A stretch of DNA of 64,000 nucleotides from Thermodesulfobacteriota bacterium (GCA_965198945.1 CBDAQI010000011.1:32001-96000); one strand, 5' to 3'. Numbered from the stretch's first letter, positions 1-10,304 are shown. The notes: generated by a model from the letters alone, not told the origin. Translations and numbers: made by a program.

Positions 1-653
1 ACCGCGCTCATGTCCACCTCGTTGAAAGTGGAAAGAATCGCCGCTTCCCTCTGCGCTTCAAGCATGCGCCGCGCTATGGTTTTACGGCGGGCGGTCATCT
101 TTACCCTTTCCTCTCTCCTGCTCAAAGCTGAAAGGGACGGGAAAATATCAGCCTGTTCATGAGATTTTTCTGCCGCAGCGGGCTGCTCGGTTTTGCGTGC
201 GGCGGCTTGTTCAACATCCGCTTTTGTTATGCGCCCGCTCCGGCCTCCGGGTTCTACGGTTGACAAATCTATGTTTTCGTTGCGGGCAATGTTTTTCGCA
301 ACCGGTGTTGAGCGTATCTCCGGCGCCGGCTGTGACGGAGAAACGGGTTTTTCCTCTCTATCCCGGGGCGGCTCGCTTTGAGGCGGCTGTTCACCGGCGG
401 GGGCGGCCGCTTCCGCGGATTCATCTATGGCTCCAAGAGCGTCTCCGACACGCACTTCGTCTCCTTCGTTTTTACCGATCTCCGTAATCACCCCGCTTGC
501 AGTGGCGGGCACCTCAAAATTGGCCTTTTCGGTCTCAAGTTCAACCACAGTCTCCCCGGTGCTTACGGGTTCTCCTTCCCGCTTGAGCCATTTCACCACC
601 GTCGCTTCTATAACCGAGTCGCCCAGATCGGGCACCACTATTTCCATTGCCAT
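1..653 (-). CDS. sucB: 2-oxoglutarate dehydrogenase E2, dihydrolipoyl succinyltransferase (5' part; runs off window)
   Basis: Manual translation from ATG at 653: MAMEIVVPDLGDSVIEATVVKWLK...VELETEKANFEV (lipoyl domain); directly downstream of sucA. Confidence 0.92.
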   Translation of the reverse strand, partial: MAMEIVVPDLGDSVIEATVVKWLKREGEPVSTGETVVELETEKANFEVPATASGVITEIGKNEGDEVRVGDALGAIDESAEAAAPAGEQPPQSEPPRDREEKPVSPSQPAPEIRSTPVAKNIARNENIDLSTVEPGGRSGRITKADVEQAAARKTEQPAAAEKSHEQADIFPSLSALSRREERVKMTARRKTIARRMLEAQREAAILSTFNEVDMSA

Positions 654-680
654 TTTATCCTCCGTATTGTTTTTTGAGGG

Positions 681-3524
681 CTAAACATCAGTAGCCATCG
701 TCACGCCGCTTTTCTGAAGTTTATCAATTTCCTTTGCGCTGAAAGCCTGCTCCATAAGTATCGCCTGATTTACTTTGTGCATTGACATTGACCCTTCAGC
801 CGGGCTTGAATTGCGTTTTCTCGCTATGACATGCAGAGGCAGTTTTTTTGAGCGGGCGATTTTGCGCAAATAAGGGTTGAGAAACCCCCAAGCTCCCATA
901 TTTATCGGCTCTTCCTGGAGCCACACAATTTCTTTTGCGCCTGAATAGTTTTTCACCGCAGACCCTATCTCTTCAACCGGCGGATAGTAGAGCTGCTCAA
1001 CTCTTATTACGGCTATTTCCGGGTGTTTCTTTCTCATCTCCGACATTTCAAGATCTATGGCCACTTTCCCGCTGCACAGAATTACTCTGCGCACCCCTTC
1101 CGCATCTTCGCCGCGCAAAGAGTCATCTATTATGGGCATAAACCTGCCGGAAGAAAACTCGTTCAGAGATGATGACACAAGCGGATTTCTAAGCAGGCTT
1201 TTCGGAGTCATTACAACAAGCGGCAGAGGGTCTTTTTTCAGCACCGCAGCCTGTCTTCTCATAACATGAAAAAATTGAGCGGAGCTTGTGCAGTTCACAA
1301 CTCTCATGTTTTTCTCCGCAGCCATATCAAGAAATCTTTCAAGCCGCGCGCTGGAGTGGTCGGGACCCTGCCCCTCATATGCGTGCGGCAGCAGCAGAAC
1401 AAGAGACGGAAGCTGACCCCACTTTGAGCGTCCGGAAACCAGGTATTCATCTATGAGCGGCTGCGCCCCGTTTATAAAGTCTCCGTATTGGGCTTCCCAT
1501 ATTATAAGAGTTCCGGGTTTTTGTATGCTGTAACCGTATTCAAATCCTATGCAGGCGTTTTCAGTCAGGGGGCTGTTTATGATTTCAAACGCCGCGTTTG
1601 ATTGAGGAAAGTTTTGCAGAGGCGCGTATTCTTTTCCCGAATCCGGGTCGTGAAGCACTGCGTGCCTGTGGCTGAAAGTCCCTCTCTGGCAGTCCTGACC
1701 GCTGAGCCTTATTGGCACCCCGTCGGCGAGAATTGAAGCATATGCAAGCTCTTCTCCCATAGCCCAGTCTATTGTAGGTTCTTTCGGGTTTGAGAGGACA
1801 TCCCGCCTTTTTTCACGCGATTTGCGGATTTTGTAGTTGATGGACAACCCTTCGGGCAGTTCAAGAAGGGATTTGCTTATCTCCTTCAGTTTCGCGGCCG
1901 GGAAAGCGGTTTTCACCTTTTTAGCCGCTTCCGTTTCAGGAATAAAAACCTGCGCATCGTTTTCCGTCTTTGAAGGCAGAGACTCAAAAATTCCCGTGAG
2001 GCGCTCAATATTTTCTTCAAACATCTTTTCCGCGGCGCTTTTTTCCATTACTCCCGCGCCTACACAGCGCTCGGCAAGTATTTCTCTTGCCGTCGGATGT
2101 TTTCTGATCTTTTCATAGAGAAGAGGCTGGGTGAAACCCGGTTCGTCTCCTTCGTTGTGTCCGTGGCGACGGTAGCCTATCAGGTCTATCAGGAAATCCT
2201 TTTGAAATTGCCTTATATAGGCAAAAGCTATTCTGACCGCCTCCATGCAGGCCTCGGGTTCGTCTGTGTTGACATGTATTACGGGAACTTCAAAACCTTT
2301 TACCAGATCGCTTGAATAGAGCGTGCTTCTGCTGTCTTTCGGAATGGTCGTATAGCCTATCTGGTTGTTTGTTATTATGTGCAGGGTTCCGCCGGTGCTG
2401 TATCCGGGTATCAAAGACATATTCAGCGTTTCCGCATTTATACCCTGTCCGGGAAAAGCGGCGTCTCCGTGAACAACCACAGGCATGGAATATGTCGGCT
2501 CAAATTTGGGCGCGCCGGGTGATGAAGAGTCCGTCCCGGCTCCCCGCGCCATACCCTGTATTACGGGATTGACCGATTCAAGGTGGCTGGGGTTGGGGGC
2601 CAGCACTATTTCCAGTATTTCCGAAAGCTCTCCTGCGTTTCCGTTCAGCTTGAGGGGCTTTACCGCGCCTTCATGATACTTCACATCCCCGGTCCATCCC
2701 ATGTCATCCCTGAAATCCCTTTCATAAACCGGGTCTTTGAACTTTATCAATGAATTTTTGTAAGGTTTGTCCATAACATGGTGCATCACATTGAGCCGCC
2801 CCCTGTGAGCCATTCCGAGCGTTATGTGGTAAACCCCTGAATTGGAGGCGAGATGGGTAAACTCGTTCAGCATGGGGACAAGCATGTCAATTCCCTCAAT
2901 GGAAAAACGGAACTTGCCCGGAAAAACCTTGTGAAGAAACTTCTCAAGCGCTTCAACCCGGGACAACTGTTCCAAAATTGACTTGAGGTCAACCGGAGCA
3001 ACCGGAGGCCTAAACATCCCGGATTCCACCACATCCATAATCCAACCCCTTTCTTCCGAGTAGTAGATATGCTGAAAATCGTAGCCGGAAAAAGACGAAT
3101 ACACTTTTCTGAGTTTTTCAATCGCCTCTCCGGCGCTTGAACAGCCTTTTGAAACCGGACTTTTTATTATTGAAGCCGGGAGTTTTGCGAGATCTCCATC
3201 GGTCAGGCCGTGAAATTCCGGTCTCAACGCCTTATCTCCCGGCGCTTTGTGTCCGAGAGGGTCTGTTTTACTTCCAAGGTGCCCGTTGAGTCTTATTGCC
3301 TGAGCAAAATTGGCCGCGGCAACCATATTTGAAGAGTCCGCGCCCGCCTCCGCGGCTGACAAACCGCCGTTTGTAGTTGCCGACAAGCCGTTCTGATACG
3401 GAGCGAGCGCTTCAAAAAGTGCGCGGGCTGCAGGATCAACGGAATCGCGGTCTTGCAGATAGCGGTTATACAACTCTGCCACAAGCGCTGAATTCGGTCC
3501 GTGAAAAAGTTCTTCCAGCGTCAT
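681..3524 (-). CDS. sucA: 2-oxoglutarate dehydrogenase E1
   Basis: 947 aa; GMAHRGRLN, GDVKYH, HGDAAFPGQG, WEAQYGDF, GPDHSSARLERFL motifs. Confidence 0.97.
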   Translation of the reverse strand: MTLEELFHGPNSALVAELYNRYLQDRDSVDPAARALFEALAPYQNGLSATTNGGLSAAEAGADSSNMVAAANFAQAIRLNGHLGSKTDPLGHKAPGDKALRPEFHGLTDGDLAKLPASIIKSPVSKGCSSAGEAIEKLRKVYSSFSGYDFQHIYYSEERGWIMDVVESGMFRPPVAPVDLKSILEQLSRVEALEKFLHKVFPGKFRFSIEGIDMLVPMLNEFTHLASNSGVYHITLGMAHRGRLNVMHHVMDKPYKNSLIKFKDPVYERDFRDDMGWTGDVKYHEGAVKPLKLNGNAGELSEILEIVLAPNPSHLESVNPVIQGMARGAGTDSSSPGAPKFEPTYSMPVVVHGDAAFPGQGINAETLNMSLIPGYSTGGTLHIITNNQIGYTTIPKDSRSTLYSSDLVKGFEVPVIHVNTDEPEACMEAVRIAFAYIRQFQKDFLIDLIGYRRHGHNEGDEPGFTQPLLYEKIRKHPTAREILAERCVGAGVMEKSAAEKMFEENIERLTGIFESLPSKTENDAQVFIPETEAAKKVKTAFPAAKLKEISKSLLELPEGLSINYKIRKSREKRRDVLSNPKEPTIDWAMGEELAYASILADGVPIRLSGQDCQRGTFSHRHAVLHDPDSGKEYAPLQNFPQSNAAFEIINSPLTENACIGFEYGYSIQKPGTLIIWEAQYGDFINGAQPLIDEYLVSGRSKWGQLPSLVLLLPHAYEGQGPDHSSARLERFLDMAAEKNMRVVNCTSSAQFFHVMRRQAAVLKKDPLPLVVMTPKSLLRNPLVSSSLNEFSSGRFMPIIDDSLRGEDAEGVRRVILCSGKVAIDLEMSEMRKKHPEIAVIRVEQLYYPPVEEIGSAVKNYSGAKEIVWLQEEPINMGAWGFLNPYLRKIARSKKLPLHVIARKRNSSPAEGSMSMHKVNQAILMEQAFSAKEIDKLQKSGVTMATDV

Positions 3525-3651
3525 CGTGTAATGATTTCCTCAAGCAATTGAAGCGCCATTCCCAACCTGCCGAAGCAGTGCAATAGTAATACAGATTTGG
3601 GGCGTAGACAATATATATCCTAATAATTTTTTTCAGGATTTCTCCGTCCCG

Positions 3652-4128
3652 CTACCTGTTTTTCTTGGGCCTGTCTTTTTCCTCTATGTAGCCGGTGAGT
3701 TTCACCTTGCTCCTTACTTCGGGAGGCAGATTGCTCAAATCCGGTTTTGGCATGTCTGTTGAAAGGTCGCTTGTGAAAGAGAAGGAAGAAATAACTTTTT
3801 CAGTTTTTTTTGAGCCGCAGGAAGGGCATTTGACCTTTTTTTCATCACCTTTTTCGTATATCAGTTCGGAGAACCGGAAAACGTCCGTATTGATAAAAAA
3901 CATCATTGAGCCGTCTTCAGAATAACGGACCATATCCTGCCCGCCCGCCTGCGGCTTGCCGGCTTCCGCTTCCATTTTTCCATTTTGAAGGTCTATAATC
4001 TGGGCGTTGCGAACAACCTCATTTTTCTTGACGACTGAAGACAGAGACTTGCCGTCGCCCATTATTTTTTTCATGGCCTTTTCGGCGCTGTTTCTGCAAT
4101 TTACGCATTCATATTCAAACAAAGGCAT
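3652..4128 (-). CDS. FmdB-like zinc-ribbon protein with ~70 aa insertion
   Basis: MPLFEYECVNC ... FRFSELI ... CPSCGS ... KVISSF. Confidence 0.7.
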   Translation of the reverse strand: MPLFEYECVNCRNSAEKAMKKIMGDGKSLSSVVKKNEVVRNAQIIDLQNGKMEAEAGKPQAGGQDMVRYSEDGSMMFFINTDVFRFSELIYEKGDEKKVKCPSCGSKKTEKVISSFSFTSDLSTDMPKPDLSNLPPEVRSKVKLTGYIEEKDRPKKNR

Positions 4129-4140
4129 TTCTTCCGGCTC

Positions 4141-4632
4141 CTATCCTTTGAAGTATTGATTCAGATTATCCTGCCCGACCCAGTTCTGTTGTTCTTCATC
4201 TTTTTGCACCTTGTAGTCTTTGTGCCATCCAAGGTCATCTCCGGGGCCCGGCTCCCTGTCTCTCTTGTCAAAAATCGCCTTGAAGGTTGAAAAAATCCTC
4301 CTAACTTTCTTCCCTTTGCATGAAGGGCACTTAGGAGCCGGCTCACCGGGATCCATCAATTCGCTGAATTTGAAGTCTTTCAGTTCAAGATAGAGACCCT
4401 TGCCGCTTTCAAGCGAGTATTTGAATCTGCGAACATTGCGTGACGGGGTTTTCTCTCCGAGAGAAAAAAGTTTCCCTCCGGTTTTTTCTTTTGTAACTTC
4501 TATGTAGATAAATCCCGGATTCTCACGGGAAATCTCAGAAGCGTTTTTTTTGTTAAGACCGCCGACAAGTTTTGAGATGTCTCTGTTAAACTTGTCCATG
4601 CAGCCTTCGCATTCATACTCATAAAGGGGCAT
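4141..4632 (-). CDS. FmdB-like zinc-ribbon protein with ~70 aa insertion
   Basis: MPLYEYECEGC ... FKFSELM ... CPSCKG ... RRIFSTF. Confidence 0.7.
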   Translation of the reverse strand: MPLYEYECEGCMDKFNRDISKLVGGLNKKNASEISRENPGFIYIEVTKEKTGGKLFSLGEKTPSRNVRRFKYSLESGKGLYLELKDFKFSELMDPGEPAPKCPSCKGKKVRRIFSTFKAIFDKRDREPGPGDDLGWHKDYKVQKDEEQQNWVGQDNLNQYFKG

Positions 4633-4685
4633 AATGAATCTCAGGAAGTTTTACACATATTTGCCATTTTTGAAAGGGAGACATT

Positions 4686-5495
4686 TTGAAAACACCCGCG
4701 GTGAAAAATTCCGAACTGATTGTTGAAGTTTCAGGAGCGGTGGCTTCGCTTGAAATAAACAGGCCTGAAAAGATGAACTCGCTTTCTCCGGATGTTCTTT
4801 CTGAGATTGTCCGCACGCTTGAAAGATTCAAAGACGAGGGCTCGGTTCGCTGTGTTATTCTGTCGGGGCGCGGCGGCAAGGCGTTCTCATCGGGATATGA
4901 TTTTTCCTTTCTCGGTTCCCGCGAGATGCTGCGCGACTACGAAAAAGACAAACATCCCCTTGCGGCCGCGTGCGAAGCTGTGGAAAACTTTCCGAGACCG
5001 GTGCTCGCCATGGTTTGCGGACATGCCTTGGGCGGAGGACTTGAGCTTGCGGCCGCGTGCGACATGATCATCTGCTCGGAAAATTCAAAGTTTTCCATAC
5101 CGCCGGCAAAACTCGGTATTGCATACCCGCTTTCTGGACTGCGGAGAATCTCCGGTCTGGTGGGATTTTCAAACGCCGCAAGAATGTTTTTCACCGCGGA
5201 AACTTTTACGGCGCGGGAAGCTCTGGAAATGGGGCTTGCATGCGAAGTTGTTCCGGAACAAGAGTCTCTCCTTAATCAAACATATCAAACAGCCCGCCGT
5301 ATTGCCGGCAATGCTCCTCTTTCAACGGAAGCGGCAAAACTGGGACTGAATATTTTGAGAATGTCCGCGCAAATTTCCTCTAAAAATGAGGAGAAAATGC
5401 GAAAGATCCTTGAAAAAATTCAGAACAGCGCCGATTTCAAAGAAGGAATCAAATCGGTTTCAGAAAAAAGAAAGCCCTTTTTTGAAGGCCGTTGA
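4686..5495 (+). CDS. Enoyl-CoA hydratase/isomerase (crotonase) family protein
   Basis: INRPEKMNSL, AFSSGYD, ALGGGLELAAACD, C-terminal EKRKPFFEGR. Confidence 0.9.
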   Translation: MKTPAVKNSELIVEVSGAVASLEINRPEKMNSLSPDVLSEIVRTLERFKDEGSVRCVILSGRGGKAFSSGYDFSFLGSREMLRDYEKDKHPLAAACEAVENFPRPVLAMVCGHALGGGLELAAACDMIICSENSKFSIPPAKLGIAYPLSGLRRISGLVGFSNAARMFFTAETFTAREALEMGLACEVVPEQESLLNQTYQTARRIAGNAPLSTEAAKLGLNILRMSAQISSKNEEKMRKILEKIQNSADFKEGIKSVSEKRKPFFEGR

Positions 5496-5496
5496 T

Positions 5497-6384
5497 CTAT
5501 TCACCGTATAGTTCTTCAAGAAATTCTCTGTCTTTGCTCCATCCGCTCTTTACAAGCACTTCCAGTTCAAGAAAAACTTTTTTCCCCAGAAAATTTTCAA
5601 TGTCGCTCCGTGCTCGCGACCCTATTTTTTTCAGCATGCCGCCGCCTTTTCCAATCACTATTTTTCTGTGCGATTCTTTTTCAATAAAGACTTCGGCTTT
5701 TATATAAAAGGTTTTCCCCGAACGCATTTCCCTTACCACTACCGCTGATTGATACGGCACTTCGCCATGAGTCAAACGGAATATTTTTTCCCTGACAAAC
5801 TCTGCGGCGACAAATTTCTCCATTTGGTCGGTGCTGCTGTCACTCGGGAACAGCTTTTTCCCTTGAGGCAAAATTTTTTTTATTATTTGAATCAAGCTGT
5901 CCATACCTTTCCCCTTGAGGGCGGAAACGGGGACAATTTCCGCAATTTTTGCGCCGAATTTCGCGGAGCCTTCCATGGTTTGAAGAAGTGATTTCCGGCT
6001 GACAATATCAATTTTGTTGAGCGCCACCACAACCGGACGGGAGGATTCTTTAATCGCCTTTACCTCACCCCCGCCAAAGGGAGCTGATGCATCCGTAACA
6101 ACGAGATTGAGTTCTCTTTCAAGAGATGAGAGCGCCGACGAAGCCATCTTTTTGCCCAGTTCTCCCAACGGACGCGCTATTCCGGGTGTGTCCGTGAAAA
6201 CTATTTGGGCTTCATCGTCCGTCAGTATCCCGTTTATACGGTTTCGTGTTGTGTTGGGTTTTGGTGATGAGGCGCAGATTTTTGTCCGGACAAGCGCGTT
6301 AACAAGTGTGGATTTTCCCACATTTGTTCCTCCCACCACTGACACAAAGCCGAACTTGTATTTTTTATGATTCTCCATTTCCAT
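5497..6384 (-). CDS. era: GTPase Era
   Basis: GxxNVGKSTL, TTRNRI, DTPG, NKID, EVPY, KH motif VIGKGG. Confidence 0.93.
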   Translation of the reverse strand: MEMENHKKYKFGFVSVVGGTNVGKSTLVNALVRTKICASSPKPNTTRNRINGILTDDEAQIVFTDTPGIARPLGELGKKMASSALSSLERELNLVVTDASAPFGGGEVKAIKESSRPVVVALNKIDIVSRKSLLQTMEGSAKFGAKIAEIVPVSALKGKGMDSLIQIIKKILPQGKKLFPSDSSTDQMEKFVAAEFVREKIFRLTHGEVPYQSAVVVREMRSGKTFYIKAEVFIEKESHRKIVIGKGGGMLKKIGSRARSDIENFLGKKVFLELEVLVKSGWSKDREFLEELYGE

Positions 6385-6516
6385 AGCCGTTCCCGCGCAA
6401 GCGGCAAACCCGAATTGCCCTGAAAAAATTTATTCCATTCACTTTAACCTCTGTAGTTTTCCATCAAAATGTAGATTTGTCCGAGAGTCTTGAAAGCACA
6501 AATCCCGTCCCTCCCC

Positions 6517-6554
6517 CGTCATTCCCGTGAAAGCTTGTCCTCATAAAAACGGGG
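6517..6554. repeat. CGTC-tagged palindromic repeat (partial) with nested GCTTGTCC...AAAACGGGG module
   Basis: cgtcattcccgtgaaagcttgtcctcataaaaacgggg; matches the reverse complement of the copy ending near 30283. Confidence 0.7.
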
Positions 6555-6584
6555 AAAAGATTTTGAATTACTTTGGCTGTCTCT

Positions 6585-7862
6585 TTACTTTTTTCTTTTT
6601 TCCCACTTTTCATCAAGATATTTTTTGAGAGCGGCTTCCCGCCCCCTGTCTGACGGTCTGTAGTAAATTCTGTTCCTGATTTTCCCGGGCAGATTTTCCT
6701 GCCCTGAGAAGGCGTCTTCCTCATCGTGCGGATAGCGGTAGCCTTTGCCGTAGCCCATATCTTTCATCAAACGTGTCGGCGCGTTGCGTATATGCATCGG
6801 AATTTCAAGATAGGGGTATTTTTTCACATCCGCTTCCGCTTTTCTCAAACCCGAATACGCCGCGTTGCTTCTCGGACAGCTCGCCAGATAAGTCGCGGTT
6901 TGCGCAAGCACAATCCGCGCTTCGGGCATCCCTATGTAGTTGACCGCAGTGAAGCAGTCCGTTGCAAGCGTAAGAGCATATGGCTCGGCGTTTCCTATGT
7001 CTTCCGATGCGAGAACAATCAGCCTCCTTGCTATAAAAAGAGGTTCTTCTCCGGCCTCAAGCATGCGTGCCAGATAATAAAGCGCGGCGTCGGGGTCGCT
7101 CGCCCGCACACTTTTTATGAAAGCGGAAATAGTGTTGTAATGCTCATCGCCGTCTTTATCATAGCGGACTCCCTTCTGATAAACGTTTCTGATCGTTTGC
7201 GCGTCAACATCCCTCGCACAGATGGAAACCGCCATTTCAAGAGCGTTCAGAAGAGTTCTCGCGTCTCCGCCGCACATTCTGATTAAATCTTTTCGCGCTT
7301 CGGGAGTGATTTTTGCGCTTTTTAACGCTTCGTCTTTTTCAATTGCCCTGTCAATTATCAGTGATAAATCCTCATCTCCGAGCGGTTCAAGTTTATAGAC
7401 CGCACACCTTGAAAGAAGCGGGGCTATGACCTCAAAAGACGGGTTTTCTGTTGTTGCCCCTATGAGTGAAATTTCTCCCTCTTCCACACTTTTGAGCAGA
7501 GTCGCCTGCTGGGCTTTATTAAACCTGTGTATTTCGTCTATAAACAGAACCGCGCCCGCGCCGCCGTTTGTTTTTACTTTCTCGGCATGGGAAAGCGCTT
7601 CCCTTATCTCTTTCACTCCCGAAGAAACCGCATCAATACTGATAAACTCGGCGCCGCTTTCGTCTGTCAATACGCGGGCAAGAGTGGTTTTCCCCGTTCC
7701 CGGAGGGCCCCACAGAATCATTGAGCGTGAGCCGCTTTTGCTCTGGGCCGAGAGCAGCAGAATCCCGTTTTTTCCAAGCAGGTGCTTCTGTCCGGCGATT
7801 TCTTCGAAGGATTCGGGACGCATGCGTTCGGCAAGAGGGGCCTTGTCAATATGCGACTTCAT
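6585..7862 (-). CDS. rarA: Replication-associated recombination protein A (MgsA/RarA AAA+ ATPase)
   Basis: PLAERMRP, GPPGTGKTT, DEIHRFNKAQQ, GATTENPSF, SEDIGNA; start moved to ATG 7862. Confidence 0.95.
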   Translation of the reverse strand: MKSHIDKAPLAERMRPESFEEIAGQKHLLGKNGILLLSAQSKSGSRSMILWGPPGTGKTTLARVLTDESGAEFISIDAVSSGVKEIREALSHAEKVKTNGGAGAVLFIDEIHRFNKAQQATLLKSVEEGEISLIGATTENPSFEVIAPLLSRCAVYKLEPLGDEDLSLIIDRAIEKDEALKSAKITPEARKDLIRMCGGDARTLLNALEMAVSICARDVDAQTIRNVYQKGVRYDKDGDEHYNTISAFIKSVRASDPDAALYYLARMLEAGEEPLFIARRLIVLASEDIGNAEPYALTLATDCFTAVNYIGMPEARIVLAQTATYLASCPRSNAAYSGLRKAEADVKKYPYLEIPMHIRNAPTRLMKDMGYGKGYRYPHDEEDAFSGQENLPGKIRNRIYYRPSDRGREAALKKYLDEKWEKRKK

Positions 7863-7943
7863 GCGGATATTATACTGAAAGCCCGCAAGGTGCATTCTCA
7901 AACGGAAAGATTCAATTTTCTTTTCGGCTATAATAAAAACCAA

Positions 7944-8975
7944 ATGAATACAAAACTTTTGAAAAAACTTTGTGACATTCCCGCAATTCCCGGAGACGAG
8001 GGAGCGGTCAGAGATTTTGCCGTTTCTGAGCTTGCGAAATATGCAAAAGACATATCCGTTGACACAATGGGAAACGTTATAGCCCATATAGGTGGAAAAG
8101 GCGGAAAACTTGTTGTTGATGCCCACATGGATGAAGTGGGTTTTATGGTGAGCCACATAGATGAAAAAGGGTTTGTGAGGGTTCACGCGCTCGGAGGCAT
8201 GGACGCGAAGGTTTTTTACGGACAGCGGCTTGTTGTTCACGGTCTGAAGACCCTTTATGCCGTTGTTGCGGCAATCCCTCCCCATGTAAGCAAAGCGGGC
8301 GGCGCCAGTGGCGTTCCGGAAATTGAAGACTGTGTTCTTGACCTTGGTCTTTCGGCGGACAAGGTGAGAAAGTATGTGAAGGTCGGGGACGCCGTAACCT
8401 TTGACACCGAGCTGCGCGAAACTGAAGACGCTGTGATTTCGCGCGCCATTGATGACAGAGTCGGAATTTTTGTCATCCTTGAAATGCTCGCCGCAAAACC
8501 GAAACCGAGTTGCGACTTGTTTGTTACTCTGACGGTGCAGGAGGAACCCGGTTTGAGAGGGGCGCGTTTGATCACGCCGGCGCTTGAGCCGGATTTTGTG
8601 CTCGTTCTTGAGGGAACGGTCACAATGGATTTGCCCGGAATCCCCGCGCACAAAACCCTTGCCAATGTTGGCAAAGGACCTGAAATCCGGCTTTCAGACC
8701 GCTATCTTGTGGCGGACAGGGAATTCAGTTTCTTCATAAAATCCGTCGCGGACAAGAAAAAAATTCCGTCTCAAATCACAGTTAAAAAAGCCGGCGGAAC
8801 AAACGCGACCGCGATGCAGGTAACGGGCCGGGGAAGCAAAGCGGCGGTTGTTTCCGTGCCGACAAGGTATTTGCACAGCCCGAGTTCCGTGGCTTACAAG
8901 AGCGACATTGAGGCCACAATAAAACTGGTTAAGGGCGTTGTTGATGGTATGGGAGATTTTCATGCAAAACGGTAA
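7944..8975 (+). CDS. M42 family metallopeptidase
   Basis: DAHMDEVGF, AIDDRVG, VQEEPGLRGA, RYLHSP; start at ATG 7944. Confidence 0.9.
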   Translation: MNTKLLKKLCDIPAIPGDEGAVRDFAVSELAKYAKDISVDTMGNVIAHIGGKGGKLVVDAHMDEVGFMVSHIDEKGFVRVHALGGMDAKVFYGQRLVVHGLKTLYAVVAAIPPHVSKAGGASGVPEIEDCVLDLGLSADKVRKYVKVGDAVTFDTELRETEDAVISRAIDDRVGIFVILEMLAAKPKPSCDLFVTLTVQEEPGLRGARLITPALEPDFVLVLEGTVTMDLPGIPAHKTLANVGKGPEIRLSDRYLVADREFSFFIKSVADKKKIPSQITVKKAGGTNATAMQVTGRGSKAAVVSVPTRYLHSPSSVAYKSDIEATIKLVKGVVDGMGDFHAKR

Positions 8976-9957
8976 AGAACTCGGAAGGATGAAAAAAATT
9001 AAACTCAGGGAAATATGGAAAGACGAGGCAGGAGATTTTACTCCTTGGCTTGCCGAGGAAGAGAATCTGGCTCTTCTCGGCGACACAATAGGGCTTGAAC
9101 TGGAACTTGAGGGTAGAGAGACGAGTGTCGGAGATTTCAGAGCGGACATTATGGCGCGCAATACCGCGGACGGAACCGTTGTTTTGATTGAAAACCAGTT
9201 GAAACGCACAGACCATGTCCATTTGGGACAGTTGATGGCTTACACCGCGGGGCTGGAGGCGGCCACAGTCGTGTGGATTGCTTTAAGGTTCACAGATGAA
9301 CACATGGCGGCTTTGGACTGGCTAAATGAAAATACGGATGACCAATTCAGTTTTTTCGGGCTGGAAGTAGAGTTATGGCGAATAGGAAACAGCATTCCCG
9401 CGCCAAAATTCAATATAGTTTCAAAGCCTAATGACTGGAGCCGGGAGGCAAGGGTCGGCGCTCAAAAAGAGTTGTCTGAGACCGATAAGTTTCGCCTTAA
9501 CTATTGGAAGCATTTTAGAAAATATATGGAAGACCAGAACACTAAACTGAAATTGCCAAAACCTAATAAGCTACATTATATGACTTTCAGCATAGGCAGG
9601 AGTGATTTCAAATTGGTTACTGTAATCCGCTTCCAAAACCCAAAAAGGATCCAGTGTCAATTTGAGGCTTGGAGAGATTATTCGGGGCCGATGTTCAGAT
9701 ATCTTGAGGAGAACAAGCTGGAAATTGAAAAAGAATTCGGAGCCAGTTTGGATTTTAAAAAAACCAAAAAGGGCGGTGGTATGTCTCTGTCTGTATTTTT
9801 GCACACTGACCCCCAAAATAAGAATGAGGCCGAAAGGGAAAAACAGTTCAAATGGTTTGAAGATAATCTCATGAAGTTTGACAGGATTTTCCGCCCATTG
9901 GTAAAAGATTTCAATCCCGATGAATGGGAAGAATACGAAGAAGATGAGATTGAGTAA
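8962..9957 (+). CDS. DUF4268 domain protein with N-terminal PD-(D/E)xK-like nuclease fold
   Basis: EAGDFTPWL, RADI...VLIENQL...DHVHLGQ, YW..F, C-terminal QFKWF. Confidence 0.7.
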   Translation: MQNGKELGRMKKIKLREIWKDEAGDFTPWLAEEENLALLGDTIGLELELEGRETSVGDFRADIMARNTADGTVVLIENQLKRTDHVHLGQLMAYTAGLEAATVVWIALRFTDEHMAALDWLNENTDDQFSFFGLEVELWRIGNSIPAPKFNIVSKPNDWSREARVGAQKELSETDKFRLNYWKHFRKYMEDQNTKLKLPKPNKLHYMTFSIGRSDFKLVTVIRFQNPKRIQCQFEAWRDYSGPMFRYLEENKLEIEKEFGASLDFKKTKKGGGMSLSVFLHTDPQNKNEAEREKQFKWFEDNLMKFDRIFRPLVKDFNPDEWEEYEEDEIE

Positions 9958-9959
9958 AA

Positions 9960-10292
9960 ATGTGTGCGGCAAGCCTTTCGGGTATTTTCAAGACTTTTCT
10001 TTCCGATTTTCCCGGAGATAAACCGGATTCAGTTTTCACTGATTTTGAAATCGCCGTCAAAAACAAAAAATACGACATTCAGGACATGACAATAATTGAG
10101 GCGGTTCTGAAAGAGGACAGAGACTCTCTCAAAGAGTCTTTTATTGAAGGATTTTCAAACTATGAAAAGTCCGCCGGTTCGGCTGACTGGAACGCGGAAA
10201 AGTCCGCAAAGGCGATTGAGATTTTTCTTGCGTCTCTTGACGGTCTTGTGAACTATTACTATAGCAACACAATTGCGGGTCAGTTTTCCTGA
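9960..10292 (+). CDS. Hypothetical protein
   Basis: 110 aa ORF tightly packed between neighbours on the same strand. Confidence 0.6.
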   Translation: MCAASLSGIFKTFLSDFPGDKPDSVFTDFEIAVKNKKYDIQDMTIIEAVLKEDRDSLKESFIEGFSNYEKSAGSADWNAEKSAKAIEIFLASLDGLVNYYYSNTIAGQFS

Positions 10293-10304
10293 AAGGAGTA
10301 ATTT

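Noticed and set aside
7863..8651. Long N-terminal extension of RarA in the ORF track
   Set aside because: It is the antisense shadow of the M42 peptidase gene; RarA homology begins at PLAERMRP.
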